This document shows, piece by piece, positions 9,205 to 19,293 of a DNA stretch of 64,000 nt (the stretch's first letter is position 1; each line of letters starts with the position of its first letter). Made by a program: the position numbers and the translations under genes. Source of the stretch: Candidatus Zixiibacteriota bacterium. Lineage in GTDB: Bacteria > Electryoneota > B3-LCP. A model generated the notes under the pieces. It saw nothing but the letters and a program-made list of their open reading frames with translations. It made no database searches and was not told where the DNA came from. The stretch covers positions 4,454 through 68,453 of the forward strand of contig QZKQ01000071.1 of assembly GCA_003599535.1 (NCBI GenBank), in the 5' to 3' direction.

Positions 9205-9411
9205 TTATTCGATGATCCTCACGTTAACGGCCTTGGGGCCCTTGCGGCCTTCGGCAACTTCGAATTCGACGCGCTGATTTTCGAACACTTCGCGCCTGTA
9301 GCCAACTTCCGCCAAATCGCTGCGGTGCACGAAGATGTCTCCGCCTTCGTCCGACGTGATGAACCCGTACCCCTTCGTGGCGTTGAACCACTTGACCGTG
9401 CCCTGCGGCAT
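9205..9411 (-). CDS. Cold-shock protein (CspA family)
   Basis: GTVKWFN, KGYGFI, DIFVH. Confidence 0.95.
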   Translation of the reverse strand: MPQGTVKWFNATKGYGFITSDEGGDIFVHRSDLAEVGYRREVFENQRVEFEVAEGRKGPKAVNVRIIE

Positions 9412-9604
9412 ACTGTACCTCATTTCCTGTTGAACCATGTGCCAGGTCTCGTTGTGCCAGTTCTCAGGGCTGCTCCAAGCGGTTGCGCCACTGATGCTGG
9501 TAAGACACTCGGCATTCGACGTTTATAAATTTACACTAAATATTCCGGGAAGAAAAGAAAAAATTTAAATTTTTCACAATCACGCACCTTTTTCTCCATG
9601 TCCC

Positions 9605-10300
9605 ATGCAGGTTAAGTCCCTTCATTCCTGGGTCCGGGATCCCCGCGAGGCGGTCCGGATTCAAACGGAACTGGCGGGGCGGATTTCGCTGCGGGCGGAA
9701 CCCGGCGCGGATTACCGGGTAGTGGCCGGCGCGGACGTCTCTTCGGTCCTGTACGGCCACACCCTGTGGGCCGCGGTGGTGGTCCTGCGCCTGCCGGAAT
9801 TCGAGGTGCTGGAAGAGGCCTTCGCCGTGGGCCGGGCCGATTTCCCCTACGTGCCCGGGCTGCTGTCCTTCCGCGAGATTCCGGTGCTGCTGGAGGCCTT
9901 CCGCCGGTTGCGCACCGTGCCCCAGGTGGTGGTCTGCGACGGCCAGGGCATCGCCCATCCCCGCTTCCTGGGGCTGGCCAGCCACCTGGGGCTGTGGCTG
10001 GATCTGCCCACGGTGGGCTGCGCCAAGTCGCGGCTGGTGGGCCAGGGCCCCGAGCCGGGGCCGGATCCGGGGGACTGGGTCCCGCTGGACTTCGCCGGCC
10101 GCACCGTGGCGGTGGCGCTGCGCACCCGGCCGCGGTCGCGCCCCCTGTACGTCTCGCCCGGCCACCGCATGGACCTGGAGGGGGCGGTGCGCCTGGTGCT
10201 GGCTTCCCGCCGCAGCGCCCGCCTGCCCGAACCCACCCGCCTGGCGCACCTGGCGGTCAATAATTACCGCCGGAGGCAGGATTCCGGACCGGCCCTGTGA
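9605..10300 (+). CDS. nfi: Endonuclease V
   Basis: AGADVS, FPYVPGLLSFRE, DGQGIAHPR, GCAKSRL, RLPEPTRLAH. Confidence 0.95.
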   Translation: MQVKSLHSWVRDPREAVRIQTELAGRISLRAEPGADYRVVAGADVSSVLYGHTLWAAVVVLRLPEFEVLEEAFAVGRADFPYVPGLLSFREIPVLLEAFRRLRTVPQVVVCDGQGIAHPRFLGLASHLGLWLDLPTVGCAKSRLVGQGPEPGPDPGDWVPLDFAGRTVAVALRTRPRSRPLYVSPGHRMDLEGAVRLVLASRRSARLPEPTRLAHLAVNNYRRRQDSGPAL

Positions 10301-10865
10301 TGCAGAACACAAAAAATGGAATTAAGCCTTGACTTCTGCCGCTGACCGTGTTAACTTTCGGTGGTTGCGCCAGAAACTCCGATGAACTCTACGAAACCAT
10401 CGGGGCTTGCCGGGTGAAATGGTGTCCCCTCCCAACATTTCCCCATCATGGCAGGTCTCCGATGGTTTTTTATGAGCTTCCCCGGCGGCACCGGGACCAT
10501 TTCCCAAAACGGCCAATATTTCGTCCGGAACGGCACGGGAGGCAGGCCGGGCGGATAGCCAACAAGGGGTCTCCCTTGCCGTATATTCTAACGAGGCAGA
10601 AATTTTCCGAAATTTTCCTTTTGTGTGCTTAAGATCACCAATTATTAACCCGGCATATTCTATCTTAGTGTCCACAGCATGATAACCAGGTGAAAAGCCG
10701 GAGAGAACGCGGAACCTCGTTTGCGACCTGTTTTTATATCTTTATCTTTAGCGCAACCTGTAAACCCTCACGAGGGGCCGCCTCTCTTCGGGCTGGTAAC
10801 TCCATCCCTGATGTACGTCGCTCACGACACGATGAATAGGGGTGTGCCATCCATGTGAGGGTTGC

Positions 10866-11627
10866 ATGACGATTGAAAAGGCATTTTTCTCTGGAGTTCG
10901 GATTGACAAGGTAGACCTGGAACAAACGTTGGATCACTGCGATCGCTTCATTCGCACCCGGGTACCCCACCAGATCGTGGTGGTCAATGTGGCCAAACTC
11001 GTCAAAGCCAAGACCGACAAATTCCTGCGGCGCATCATAAATGAAGCGGACCTGGTAGGCGCCGATGGCGTTCCTCTCGTATGGCTGTCCAGGCTGCTCA
11101 AGGATCCCATTCCAGGCCGGGTCAACGGCACGGACCTGATGGAAAAGCTGGTGCAACGTGCTGCGCAGAAGGGCTACTCCATCTACTTCCTGGGGGCGCG
11201 CCTGGACGTGGTGCGCAAGGTCGTCGAGGTGTACCGGGCCAAGTATCCCACCCTGAAGGTGGCCGGTTACCGCGACGGGTACTTCCGGCCCCAAGAGGAA
11301 GCCCGGGTGGCGGATGAGATCCGGGCCAGCGGCGCGGACATCCTGTTCCTGGCGTTCGGGTCCCCCAAGAAGGAGAAATTCGTCCGCCGCTGGGTGTACC
11401 GCATGAACGTACCCCTGATCCACGGCGTGGGCGGCAGTTTCGACGTCGTGGCCGGGGTCACCAAGCGGGCTCCGGTGTGGATGCAGTCTGCCGGTCTGGA
11501 GTGGTTCTACCGCTTCCTGCAGGAACCCGAGCGCATGTGGAAGCGCTATCTCTTTACCAACGCCGAATTCTTCCTGGTGGTGGTGGCCGAGCTGTTCCGC
11601 CGGGCCCTTCCCTTCCAGAAAGCGTAA
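10866..11627 (+). CDS. WecB/TagA/CpsF family glycosyltransferase
   Basis: ADG, RVNGTDL, GVGGSFD, GLEWFYRFLQEP. Confidence 0.93.
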   Translation: MTIEKAFFSGVRIDKVDLEQTLDHCDRFIRTRVPHQIVVVNVAKLVKAKTDKFLRRIINEADLVGADGVPLVWLSRLLKDPIPGRVNGTDLMEKLVQRAAQKGYSIYFLGARLDVVRKVVEVYRAKYPTLKVAGYRDGYFRPQEEARVADEIRASGADILFLAFGSPKKEKFVRRWVYRMNVPLIHGVGGSFDVVAGVTKRAPVWMQSAGLEWFYRFLQEPERMWKRYLFTNAEFFLVVVAELFRRALPFQKA

Positions 11628-11647
11628 TCTCCCCATCACGATACCGC

Positions 11648-11677
11648 GCCGGGCTCTTCGGGGCCCGGCTTTTTTTT
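11648..11677 (+). terminator. Intrinsic terminator
   Basis: GCCGGGCTC-TTCG-GGGCCCGGC-TTTTTTTT. Confidence 0.88.
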
Positions 11678-11806
11678 GCCTTGGAGTTCAAGCTGATTTT
11701 TCTTCACGACTTGGAAAAAGCCGAGAAATCGCTTGAAACCTAAATTGAATTTTTCTATATTGTAACTTCCAGCTTTATTATTCCCACCCTGTGACGAGGA
11801 GGAGAC

Positions 11807-12553
11807 GTGAACATCCTGGTCTGCGTCAAACATGTGCCGGATACCGAAGCCGCGGTAAAGATTGCCGCGGACGGCAAATCCATCCAGACTCAAGACGTCA
11901 ACTTTGTTCTGAACCCCTACGACGAGTACGCCGTCGAGGAGGCGTTGCGCCTGCGCGAGGCCCGGGGCGGCGAAGTCACCCTGTTATCGGCGGGGCCGGA
12001 GGAGGCCAAGAAGAGCCTGCGCACCGGCCTGGCCATGGGCGCGGACAAGGCCGTGCACCTGGTCTGCGCGCACCGGCATGATACCCTGACTCTGGCCCGG
12101 GCCCTGGCTGCGGCCGCCGGACAGATCCCCTTCGACCTGATCCTGTGCGGCAAGCAGGCGGTGGACGACGACGAGGCACAGTTGGGCGTCATGCTGGCCG
12201 AAGCCCTGAGTCTGCCCAGCGTCTCGGCCATCGTGAAGCTCGAGGTGCTGGACGGCAAGGCCGTCGCCCGCCGCGAGGTGGAGAGCGGCCTGGAGGTGGT
12301 GGAAACCTCCCTGCCGGCCGTGTTCACCGCCCAGAAGGGGCTCAACGACCCCCGCTACCCCTCCCTCAAGGGGATCATGATGGCCAAGCAGAAGAAGATT
12401 GAGGAGATAGCCTGCGCCCAGAGCGACAGCCAGGTCGAAATCCTCGATTTAGCCTACCCCAAATCGCGCAGCGGCGGCAAGATCGTGGGGCAGGGCGCGG
12501 CCGCGGTCCCCGAACTGGTGCGGCTGTTGCATGAAGAGGCCAAAGTCCTGTAA
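11807..12553 (+). CDS. etfB: Electron transfer flavoprotein beta subunit
   Basis: ILVCVKHVPD, NPYDEYAVEEAL, GKQAVDDD, NDPRYPS. Confidence 0.95.
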   Translation: MNILVCVKHVPDTEAAVKIAADGKSIQTQDVNFVLNPYDEYAVEEALRLREARGGEVTLLSAGPEEAKKSLRTGLAMGADKAVHLVCAHRHDTLTLARALAAAAGQIPFDLILCGKQAVDDDEAQLGVMLAEALSLPSVSAIVKLEVLDGKAVARREVESGLEVVETSLPAVFTAQKGLNDPRYPSLKGIMMAKQKKIEEIACAQSDSQVEILDLAYPKSRSGGKIVGQGAAAVPELVRLLHEEAKVL

Positions 12554-12600
12554 ATTTCCATCTTCTTCCGCCGGACCCCGGCGGGATTGCCATTGGAGGC

Positions 12601-13572
12601 GTGATGAAAGTTCTGGTTTTCGCGGAACAGCGGGAAGGTGAGTTTCGCAAGGCCGCCCTGGAGGCGTGCGGCGCGGGCCGGCGCCTGGCCGAAGGCGGCG
12701 AACTGGTAGGCGTGGTGATCGGCCGGGGGGCTTCCGCCGCCGCACCCAAGCTGGCGGCCTACGGGCCCGACCGGATCCTGACGGTCGAGCACCCGCAGTT
12801 GGAACTGTACTCCACCGAAGGTTACACCACCGCCCTGGAAGCGGCCATCAAGCAGGAGCAGCCGGACGCGGTGCTGATCGCCGGCACGGCCACCGGCCGC
12901 GACCTGGGGCCCCGCCTGGGAGCTCGCCTGGGCGTGCCGGTGCTGGCCGACGTCATCAACCTGTCCTGGAATGAGGGCAAGCTGGCCGCGGTGCGGCCCA
13001 TCTACGCCGGCAAGCTGCACCTGTCGGTGCGCAGCCAGGCCCAGCCCGGAGTGGCCACCACCCGGCCCAAGGCCTTCCCCGCCGGCGCGCCCGATCCCGG
13101 GCGGCAGGCGCAGATTTCCCCCCTGGAGGTGGAGCTGGCCCCGGACGCCATCCGCGCCCGGGTGACCCAAATGCACTCCGAGGCCGAAGGCACCATCGAA
13201 CTGACCGAGGCCGACATCGTGGTCTCGGGCGGCCGCGGGCTGAAGAGCCATGAGAATTTCAAACTGCTGGAAGAGCTGGCCCGGACCCTGGGCGCGGCGG
13301 TGGGCGCTTCCCGCGCGGCGGTGGATTCCGGCTGGCGCACCCACGGCGACCAGGTGGGGCAGACCGGTAAAGTGGTTTCGCCCACCCTGTACATCGCCTG
13401 CGGCATTTCCGGCGCCATCCAGCACCTGGCGGGGATGACCTCGTCCAAGGTGATCGTGGCCATCAACAAGGACCCCGAAGCCCCCATCTTCAAGATCGCC
13501 GACTACGGCATCGTGGGGGACGTGTTCGAGGTGGTCCCAGCGCTGACGGAAGCCATAAAGGCGATGAAATAG
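12601..13572 (+). CDS. etfA: Electron transfer flavoprotein alpha subunit
   Basis: [34 protein letters not shown]. Confidence 0.95.
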   Translation: MMKVLVFAEQREGEFRKAALEACGAGRRLAEGGELVGVVIGRGASAAAPKLAAYGPDRILTVEHPQLELYSTEGYTTALEAAIKQEQPDAVLIAGTATGRDLGPRLGARLGVPVLADVINLSWNEGKLAAVRPIYAGKLHLSVRSQAQPGVATTRPKAFPAGAPDPGRQAQISPLEVELAPDAIRARVTQMHSEAEGTIELTEADIVVSGGRGLKSHENFKLLEELARTLGAAVGASRAAVDSGWRTHGDQVGQTGKVVSPTLYIACGISGAIQHLAGMTSSKVIVAINKDPEAPIFKIADYGIVGDVFEVVPALTEAIKAMK

Positions 13573-13582
13573 GGAGTTACCC

Positions 13583-14890
13583 ATGTCCGACTCCGAAAAA
13601 TTCGATTGCCTGGTCGTCGGGGCGGGGCCGGCGGGAATCTCCGCCGCCCTGGCCCTGGCCCGGGCGGGAATCCAGGTGGCGGTGCTGGAACGGGGCGAAT
13701 ACCCCGGCGCCAAAAACGTCATGGGCGGGATTCTTTTCACCACCGTCCTGAACAAGCTGCTGCCCGAATTCTGGAAGCAGGCCCCGGTGGAGCGGCACGT
13801 CACCCAACGGCGCTTCTCCATGCTCTCCCGCGACGGCGAAGTGGCCCTGGACTTCCGCACCGGCGCCTACAACGAGCCGCCCTACAACCACACCTGGACG
13901 GTGCTCCGCTCCAAGTTCGACCGCTGGTTCGCCGAGCAGGCCGAGGCGGCCGGGGTGATGATCGTCCCCGGCATGATGGTCTCCGAGCTGCTGGTGGAAA
14001 ACGGCAAGGTGGTCGGGGTCAAAACCGAACCCGGCGGCGACGAGCTGCGCTCCGACGTGGTCATCTCCGCCGAAGGGGTCAACTCTTTCCTGGCCGAGCA
14101 GGTGGGTCTGCGCCGGCCCCACGACCCCCGGCACATGGCCGTGGCGGTCAAGGAAGTCATCGCCCTGCCCGCCTCCGTCATCGAGGACCGCTTCCGCATC
14201 AGCGGCGATGAGGGGAGCGCCTGGGAGGTGTTCGGGCAGGCGGTGCAGGGAACGTTCGGGTCGGGTTTCGTGTACACCAATAAGGACAGCATCTCCATCG
14301 GGGTGGGGTCCACCATCCACGACATGACGCGCCACCGCCTGAACCCCAACGAGGTGCTGGAGCAGTTCAAGCGGCATCCGGCCATCCGCCCGCTGGTGCG
14401 GGGCGGGGAGACCCTGGAATACGCCGCCCACATGATCCCCGAAGGCGGCTTCACCCATCTGCCCCGCATGGTCATGGACGGCCTGATCCTGACCGGCGAC
14501 GCCGCCGGGCTGGTCAACGCCAGCCATTACCACGAGGGATCCAACCTGGCCATGGCCTCGGGGCTCTACGCCGCCGAGACGGTGGTCGAGGCCAAGCGCC
14601 GGGGCGACTTCAGCGCCGCCACGCTGTCCCAATACGCCAACAAGCTGGAACACAGCTTCGTGCTGCAGGATCTGCGCAAGTTCCAGCGGGTGTCCGCCTA
14701 TTTCAACGAAAATCCGCACACGCTCCGGGATTACCCCGACGTCATGGTGAGGCTGCTCTCCGACTACTTCACCGTCAGTGAGAAGCCCAAGGCGGAAATT
14801 GAGAAGGAGGTCATCCGCAAGTTCCGCAGCGAAATCGGGGTACTCAATTTAGTCAAGGATGTATTCAAAATCGGGAGGGCCATGCGATGA
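13583..14890 (+). CDS. fixC: FixC-like flavoprotein (ETF:quinone oxidoreductase)
   Basis: VVGAGPAG, ERGEYPGAKN, LRSKFDRW, AHMIPEGG, GDAAG. Confidence 0.9.
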   Translation: MSDSEKFDCLVVGAGPAGISAALALARAGIQVAVLERGEYPGAKNVMGGILFTTVLNKLLPEFWKQAPVERHVTQRRFSMLSRDGEVALDFRTGAYNEPPYNHTWTVLRSKFDRWFAEQAEAAGVMIVPGMMVSELLVENGKVVGVKTEPGGDELRSDVVISAEGVNSFLAEQVGLRRPHDPRHMAVAVKEVIALPASVIEDRFRISGDEGSAWEVFGQAVQGTFGSGFVYTNKDSISIGVGSTIHDMTRHRLNPNEVLEQFKRHPAIRPLVRGGETLEYAAHMIPEGGFTHLPRMVMDGLILTGDAAGLVNASHYHEGSNLAMASGLYAAETVVEAKRRGDFSAATLSQYANKLEHSFVLQDLRKFQRVSAYFNENPHTLRDYPDVMVRLLSDYFTVSEKPKAEIEKEVIRKFRSEIGVLNLVKDVFKIGRAMR

Positions 14891-15198
14891 GCGAACCAGT
14901 GGCGCCGGCCGACGACAAGCTGAAAGAGACCATTGAAGATAAGCTGTACCTGGTCAAGTACAAGCCCGACAAGCAGTCGCACATTGAAGTCATTCAGGAA
15001 GTCTTCAAGGCGGACAAGCTCAAGGTGGTGTTGTACATCTGCCCCGCCAAGGTCTACACCCTGAACGAGGAGACGGGCGAGTGCCTGGTCAATCACGAGA
15101 ATTGTCTGGAATGCGGCACCTGCGCCATCGCCGCGCCGGAATACGTCAAGTGGCGTTACCCCCGGGGCGGATTCGGCGTGCAGTATAAACTGGGATGA
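14887..15198 (+). CDS. fixX: FixX-like ferredoxin
   Basis: CPA...CLECGTC, WRYPRGGFGVQY; ATGA overlap with fixC. Confidence 0.9.
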   Translation: MSEPVAPADDKLKETIEDKLYLVKYKPDKQSHIEVIQEVFKADKLKVVLYICPAKVYTLNEETGECLVNHENCLECGTCAIAAPEYVKWRYPRGGFGVQYKLG

Positions 15199-15228
15199 TC
15201 ACACGGTGAAACCACGGGGGGATTTCCG

Positions 15229-16674
15229 GTGAACTGGATACGCCGACGCTGGAACCGGCTGACTGCGGCGGAGCAACGTTACGTTCTCATCCTGGCGGCC
15301 CTTGCCCTGGCGGTGCGCCTGGTTTACGCCTTTTCGGTGGACCTGATCCCCGCAGATTACATGGGGATTGACCTGGACGCCGTGGAATACGATTACCTGG
15401 GCGTCAACGTGGCCGAAGGCAAGGGCCTGGTGGACCGCTTCGGGTTTCCCACCTCGTTTCGCTTCCCCGCCTACCCCTTCCTCCTGGGATTCATCTACTT
15501 CCTGTTCGGGCACAGTCACATGGCGGTGCTGGTGATCCAGGCCTTCATGGGCGTGGCGACGCCGCTGCTGATTTACTTCACCGCCCGCCATCTCCTGCCG
15601 GAAACCACCAGCCGCATCGCCGGGGCGGTGGGCGCCATCTACCCCGGGTTCGTGTACTTCGTCGGCTGGCTGATGACGGAGAACCTGTTTCTCCTGCTGA
15701 TCAGCCTGCTGTTGTACTACACAGTCAGTCTGGGGCGGGTGGCCTCCTGGAGAAAACTGGTGTTCCTGGGGGTCCTGCTGGGACTGCTGGGGCTGACCCG
15801 GGGGGTGGGCCTGCCCTTCCTGGGCCTGATTCCCGCCTACATTTTCCTGCGCCACCGGGGCGATTTCCGCACCCGGCTGGTGCGTTCCGGGGCGGTTATG
15901 GCCGTCGGCTGCCTGACCCTGCTGCCCTGGACGGTGCGCAATTACCTCCAATTCGACCGCCTCATGCTGCCCTCGGCGGAAGGCGGCGTGGTTCTGTGGC
16001 TGGGGTTCAACGATGTGCCCCTGATTCACTACCAGACTGACGCCGCGTTCGAGTACGTCGAGCGAGTGGGACGGGAGCACGCCCGCAGCGAGGAATTCTA
16101 CCGTCTGCTGGCCGACCACAACCTCTTCGGCATCACCGCCATGAAGGAGTTGTTCCGCCTCTACTACCCGGACGAGCCGCCGCCGCAGAGCGAGGTGGAG
16201 GCGTCCGACCGGCTGGGGGCCAAGGCCCAGGTGCTCCTGTTCCAGAGCCCCATGGCCTGGGTGTACAAGTCCATCAAGCAGGTATTCCGCTTCTGGCACG
16301 TGCTGGATGAGCGGGGGCGCTACGTCTACGGCTACGGGTTTATCATCCCCTTCTTCTTCGCCGGGGCCTGGCTGCAGCGGCGCCGGGTGATGGACTTCAT
16401 GCCCCTCTACCTCTACCCCGCGGTGCTTTACGCTGTGGCCATCGTCTTCTTTGCCGACGCCCGCTTCCGGCTCCCCTTCGAAGGGGTACTGATCATCGTG
16501 GGGGCCTGGGGCATCGAGCGCTTCCTGGCCCGCTTCAAGCCGGTGTACTGGGGATACGGGATCCTGGCCGTTTTCTTCCTGGCCAACTACTACCTGAGGC
16601 TGCATTCGCCGCAGGTCCGCCTGGCCATCCGTTCGGTGGCGGGAGCCCTGGGCTTTCAGATGGCGGAAATATAA
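15229..16674 (+). CDS. Polytopic membrane GT-C glycosyltransferase (ArnT/GT39-like)
   Basis: DAVEYD loop, FRFPAYPFLL, LMTENLF, PWTVRNY, ARFRLP; many TM helices. Confidence 0.75.
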   Translation: MNWIRRRWNRLTAAEQRYVLILAALALAVRLVYAFSVDLIPADYMGIDLDAVEYDYLGVNVAEGKGLVDRFGFPTSFRFPAYPFLLGFIYFLFGHSHMAVLVIQAFMGVATPLLIYFTARHLLPETTSRIAGAVGAIYPGFVYFVGWLMTENLFLLLISLLLYYTVSLGRVASWRKLVFLGVLLGLLGLTRGVGLPFLGLIPAYIFLRHRGDFRTRLVRSGAVMAVGCLTLLPWTVRNYLQFDRLMLPSAEGGVVLWLGFNDVPLIHYQTDAAFEYVERVGREHARSEEFYRLLADHNLFGITAMKELFRLYYPDEPPPQSEVEASDRLGAKAQVLLFQSPMAWVYKSIKQVFRFWHVLDERGRYVYGYGFIIPFFFAGAWLQRRRVMDFMPLYLYPAVLYAVAIVFFADARFRLPFEGVLIIVGAWGIERFLARFKPVYWGYGILAVFFLANYYLRLHSPQVRLAIRSVAGALGFQMAEI

Positions 16675-16704
16675 CCCGCCGGTTCACCCGGCGCCTCGAT
16701 ACGC

Positions 16705-18180
16705 ATGGAAATACCCCGGCCGTTGCGCCTGCTGCTGCTCAGGCCCAGTTCCGAAGTCTACACCTCCACCCCTCCCATGGGGATCTTGACCCTGGCCGCC
16801 TACTACCGCGACCTGGGGTTGTGCGAGGTGGAGGTCTTCGATGGCCGGGCGCATGTCGCCACCACGGAACAGGTGGTGGAAAAAGCGCGGGAATTCCAGC
16901 CCGACGTGGTGGGCCTGAGCCTGTTTTCCATGGAGCGCACCGAGGGGCATGAGACGGCCTGGGCCCTCAAGCAGGCGCTGCCGAACGCGACCATCGTCTG
17001 CGGCGGGCCGTACCCCACCACCGAGTACCGCGAGGCGCTGCAGAACCCGGCCATTGACTTCGCCGTGGTGGGCGAAGGGGAAATCAGCGGGGCTGAACTG
17101 CTGCGCGCCCTTCAAGTCGGGCAACTGCCCGACAGCATTCCCGGCGTCTCCTGGCGCCGTGACGGGGTGGCGGTGGAACCTCGGGACCGCGAGTTCATCC
17201 AGAATCTGGACGCCCTGCCTCATCCCGCTTGGGACCTGCTCGACCTGGAGTACTACTTCTACCATTCGCCCAAGCCGGCGCCCATGAACCTGTACCAGAA
17301 GCGGGTCCGCTCGGCGCCGGTGTTCACCTCCCGCGGCTGTCCTTACCGCTGCACCTACTGCCATAACCTCTTCGGCAAGAAGCTGCGCCGCCATTCCGTC
17401 CCCTACGTGCTGGACGAGATCACCTATCTGAAAGAGAAGAAGGGGGTCGAGGAGATCGAGGTCACCGACGACATCTTCAACCTCGATCCGGAATGGACCC
17501 GGGAGTTCACCCAGGCCATCATTGACCGCAACCTGGGCCTGACCTTCTCCTTCCCCAACGGGCTGCGCGCCGACCGCATGACCGAAGAGGTGGTGGACGC
17601 CCTGGTGCGCATGGGCACCTACCGCATCGTCTACGCCGTGGAAACCGGCTCTCCGCGCATTCAGAAGGAGATCCACAAGAACGTGGACCTGGAGAAGGCC
17701 CGGCGCATGATTGACTACACCGCCTCCAAGGGGGTCTCCGTGGGGTCCTTCTTCATCCTGGGCTTCCTGGACGAGACTGAGGCGGAGATGCGCCAGACCA
17801 TCCACTTCGCCTGCCGGTCGCGGCTGTCCACCGCCTCCTTCTTCATCCTGACTCCCTTCCCCGGCACGGAGATCTACCGCCAGGCGCAGGCCCGGCAGGT
17901 GGCCCTGGAGAGCGTAAACTACACCCATTACTACGCCCTGAGCGCCAATTTAAGCCGGGTGCCGGACAAGAAGCTGCTGCGGCTGCGGCTGTGGGCCTAC
18001 CTGCGGTTCTACGGCAACCCGCTGCGGCTGCTGCGCATGGTGCGCACCACCCCGCTGCACCGGCATTTCTTCCGCACCCTGGCCAAGGCGTTCCTCTACT
18101 TTGTCGTGACGCCCAAGAACGCCCCCCGCCGGGACGTGAAGGAATTCCTGACCCAGGGACCGGTCCCGGCGCCGGAATGA
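16705..18180 (+). CDS. B12-binding radical SAM protein
   Basis: PPMGILTLAA, GGPYPT, GEGE, SRGCPYRCTYC. Confidence 0.92.
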   Translation: MEIPRPLRLLLLRPSSEVYTSTPPMGILTLAAYYRDLGLCEVEVFDGRAHVATTEQVVEKAREFQPDVVGLSLFSMERTEGHETAWALKQALPNATIVCGGPYPTTEYREALQNPAIDFAVVGEGEISGAELLRALQVGQLPDSIPGVSWRRDGVAVEPRDREFIQNLDALPHPAWDLLDLEYYFYHSPKPAPMNLYQKRVRSAPVFTSRGCPYRCTYCHNLFGKKLRRHSVPYVLDEITYLKEKKGVEEIEVTDDIFNLDPEWTREFTQAIIDRNLGLTFSFPNGLRADRMTEEVVDALVRMGTYRIVYAVETGSPRIQKEIHKNVDLEKARRMIDYTASKGVSVGSFFILGFLDETEAEMRQTIHFACRSRLSTASFFILTPFPGTEIYRQAQARQVALESVNYTHYYALSANLSRVPDKKLLRLRLWAYLRFYGNPLRLLRMVRTTPLHRHFFRTLAKAFLYFVVTPKNAPRRDVKEFLTQGPVPAPE

Positions 18181-18226
18181 TCCCGTTCCTTCCCGGCCTT
18201 CCACTTCTTTGCGACGTACTACGCCC

Positions 18227-19126
18227 ATGAACCATTCTTCCCGGATTTCCCGCCCCCTCCTGTCCGCCCTGGTTTGCGTTCTCCTGGCGCTGGCCTGGCT
18301 GCTGGCCTCCTGCGACAGCGACGACTCCGGCGGCACCTTCGCTCTGCCCCCGCCCCAGCCCCTGGTTCATCCCGCCGACTGCACCCTGGTCCTGGTGCCC
18401 GCCGGCCCCGTGGTCCTGGGGAACGTCCCGGAGGGATGGGGCAATTACCAGGTCACCCCGGAGGTGGTCCCGGTGGATTCCTTTTACCTGGAACGCTACG
18501 AAGTCAGCAACCTGCGCTACGCCGCCTACCTGGCGGCGGCGCTGGATTCCGGTTTGGTGGAGTATGATGGACAGAATGTCTACCAGGTTTCCACCGGAAA
18601 GCTGCTGCTGCGAACTGCGGCGGCGGAATCGCGCCTCCAGTACGTGGATTCCCTGGACACCTTCGTGGCCGAAGCCGGGTACGAGAACCTCCCGGTGGCC
18701 CTGGTGAGCTGGTACGGCGCCCAGGCCTTCGCCGAGTTCTACGGCCGGCGGCTGCCCACGGAAGTCGAATGGGAGAAGGCGGCGCGCGGCACGGTGGACC
18801 TGTTCGGTAAAGTAGACGGCGTGGGGGTGGGCTACCCCTACCCCTGGGGCGACCAGGCCCCCAACGCCCAACTGGCCAACTTCGACAGCGGCCTGGGGGG
18901 GCTGGAGGTAGTGCAGTCCTATCCCCAGGGCATGAGCTGGTACGGAGCCTTCAACATGGGAGGCAATGCGTGGGAATGGACCGCCACCGCCAACGGGAGT
19001 TCCCGGGTGCGGCGGGGCGGCAGTTATCTCTCCTCGGCGGAAATGCTTCTGACCGCCGCCCGCTTCTTCTCCGATCCTGCCATCACCGACAAGGCCATCG
19101 GCTTCCGCTGCGCGATGGATCCCTGA
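18227..19126 (+). CDS. FGE-sulfatase domain (SUMF1/EgtB/PvdO family) lipoprotein
   Basis: Lipobox LLASC; RLPTEVEWEKAARG, YPWG, NMGGNAWEW, RGGS, GFRC. Confidence 0.88.
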   Translation: MNHSSRISRPLLSALVCVLLALAWLLASCDSDDSGGTFALPPPQPLVHPADCTLVLVPAGPVVLGNVPEGWGNYQVTPEVVPVDSFYLERYEVSNLRYAAYLAAALDSGLVEYDGQNVYQVSTGKLLLRTAAAESRLQYVDSLDTFVAEAGYENLPVALVSWYGAQAFAEFYGRRLPTEVEWEKAARGTVDLFGKVDGVGVGYPYPWGDQAPNAQLANFDSGLGGLEVVQSYPQGMSWYGAFNMGGNAWEWTATANGSSRVRRGGSYLSSAEMLLTAARFFSDPAITDKAIGFRCAMDP

Positions 19127-19293
19127 CCCCGAACTCACCCTTCCATATCCCGCCCAGTAACTGCGGCGGGATTTTTTTTGCGCCTCTCTTCACAAATGTT
19201 GCTGCGGCTTCGTATCATCAGCACGGGGCCGTGTTGGCCTTTCTGTACCCTCACGGGCACTTGTCACGACCGCATGATTTTCTTGGAGGGCGT

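Noticed and set aside
10755-10800. c-di-GMP-I riboswitch-like GTAAACCC...GGGG motif
   Set aside because: Lacks the GNRA loop and GACGCAAAG consensus; the resemblance is too weak
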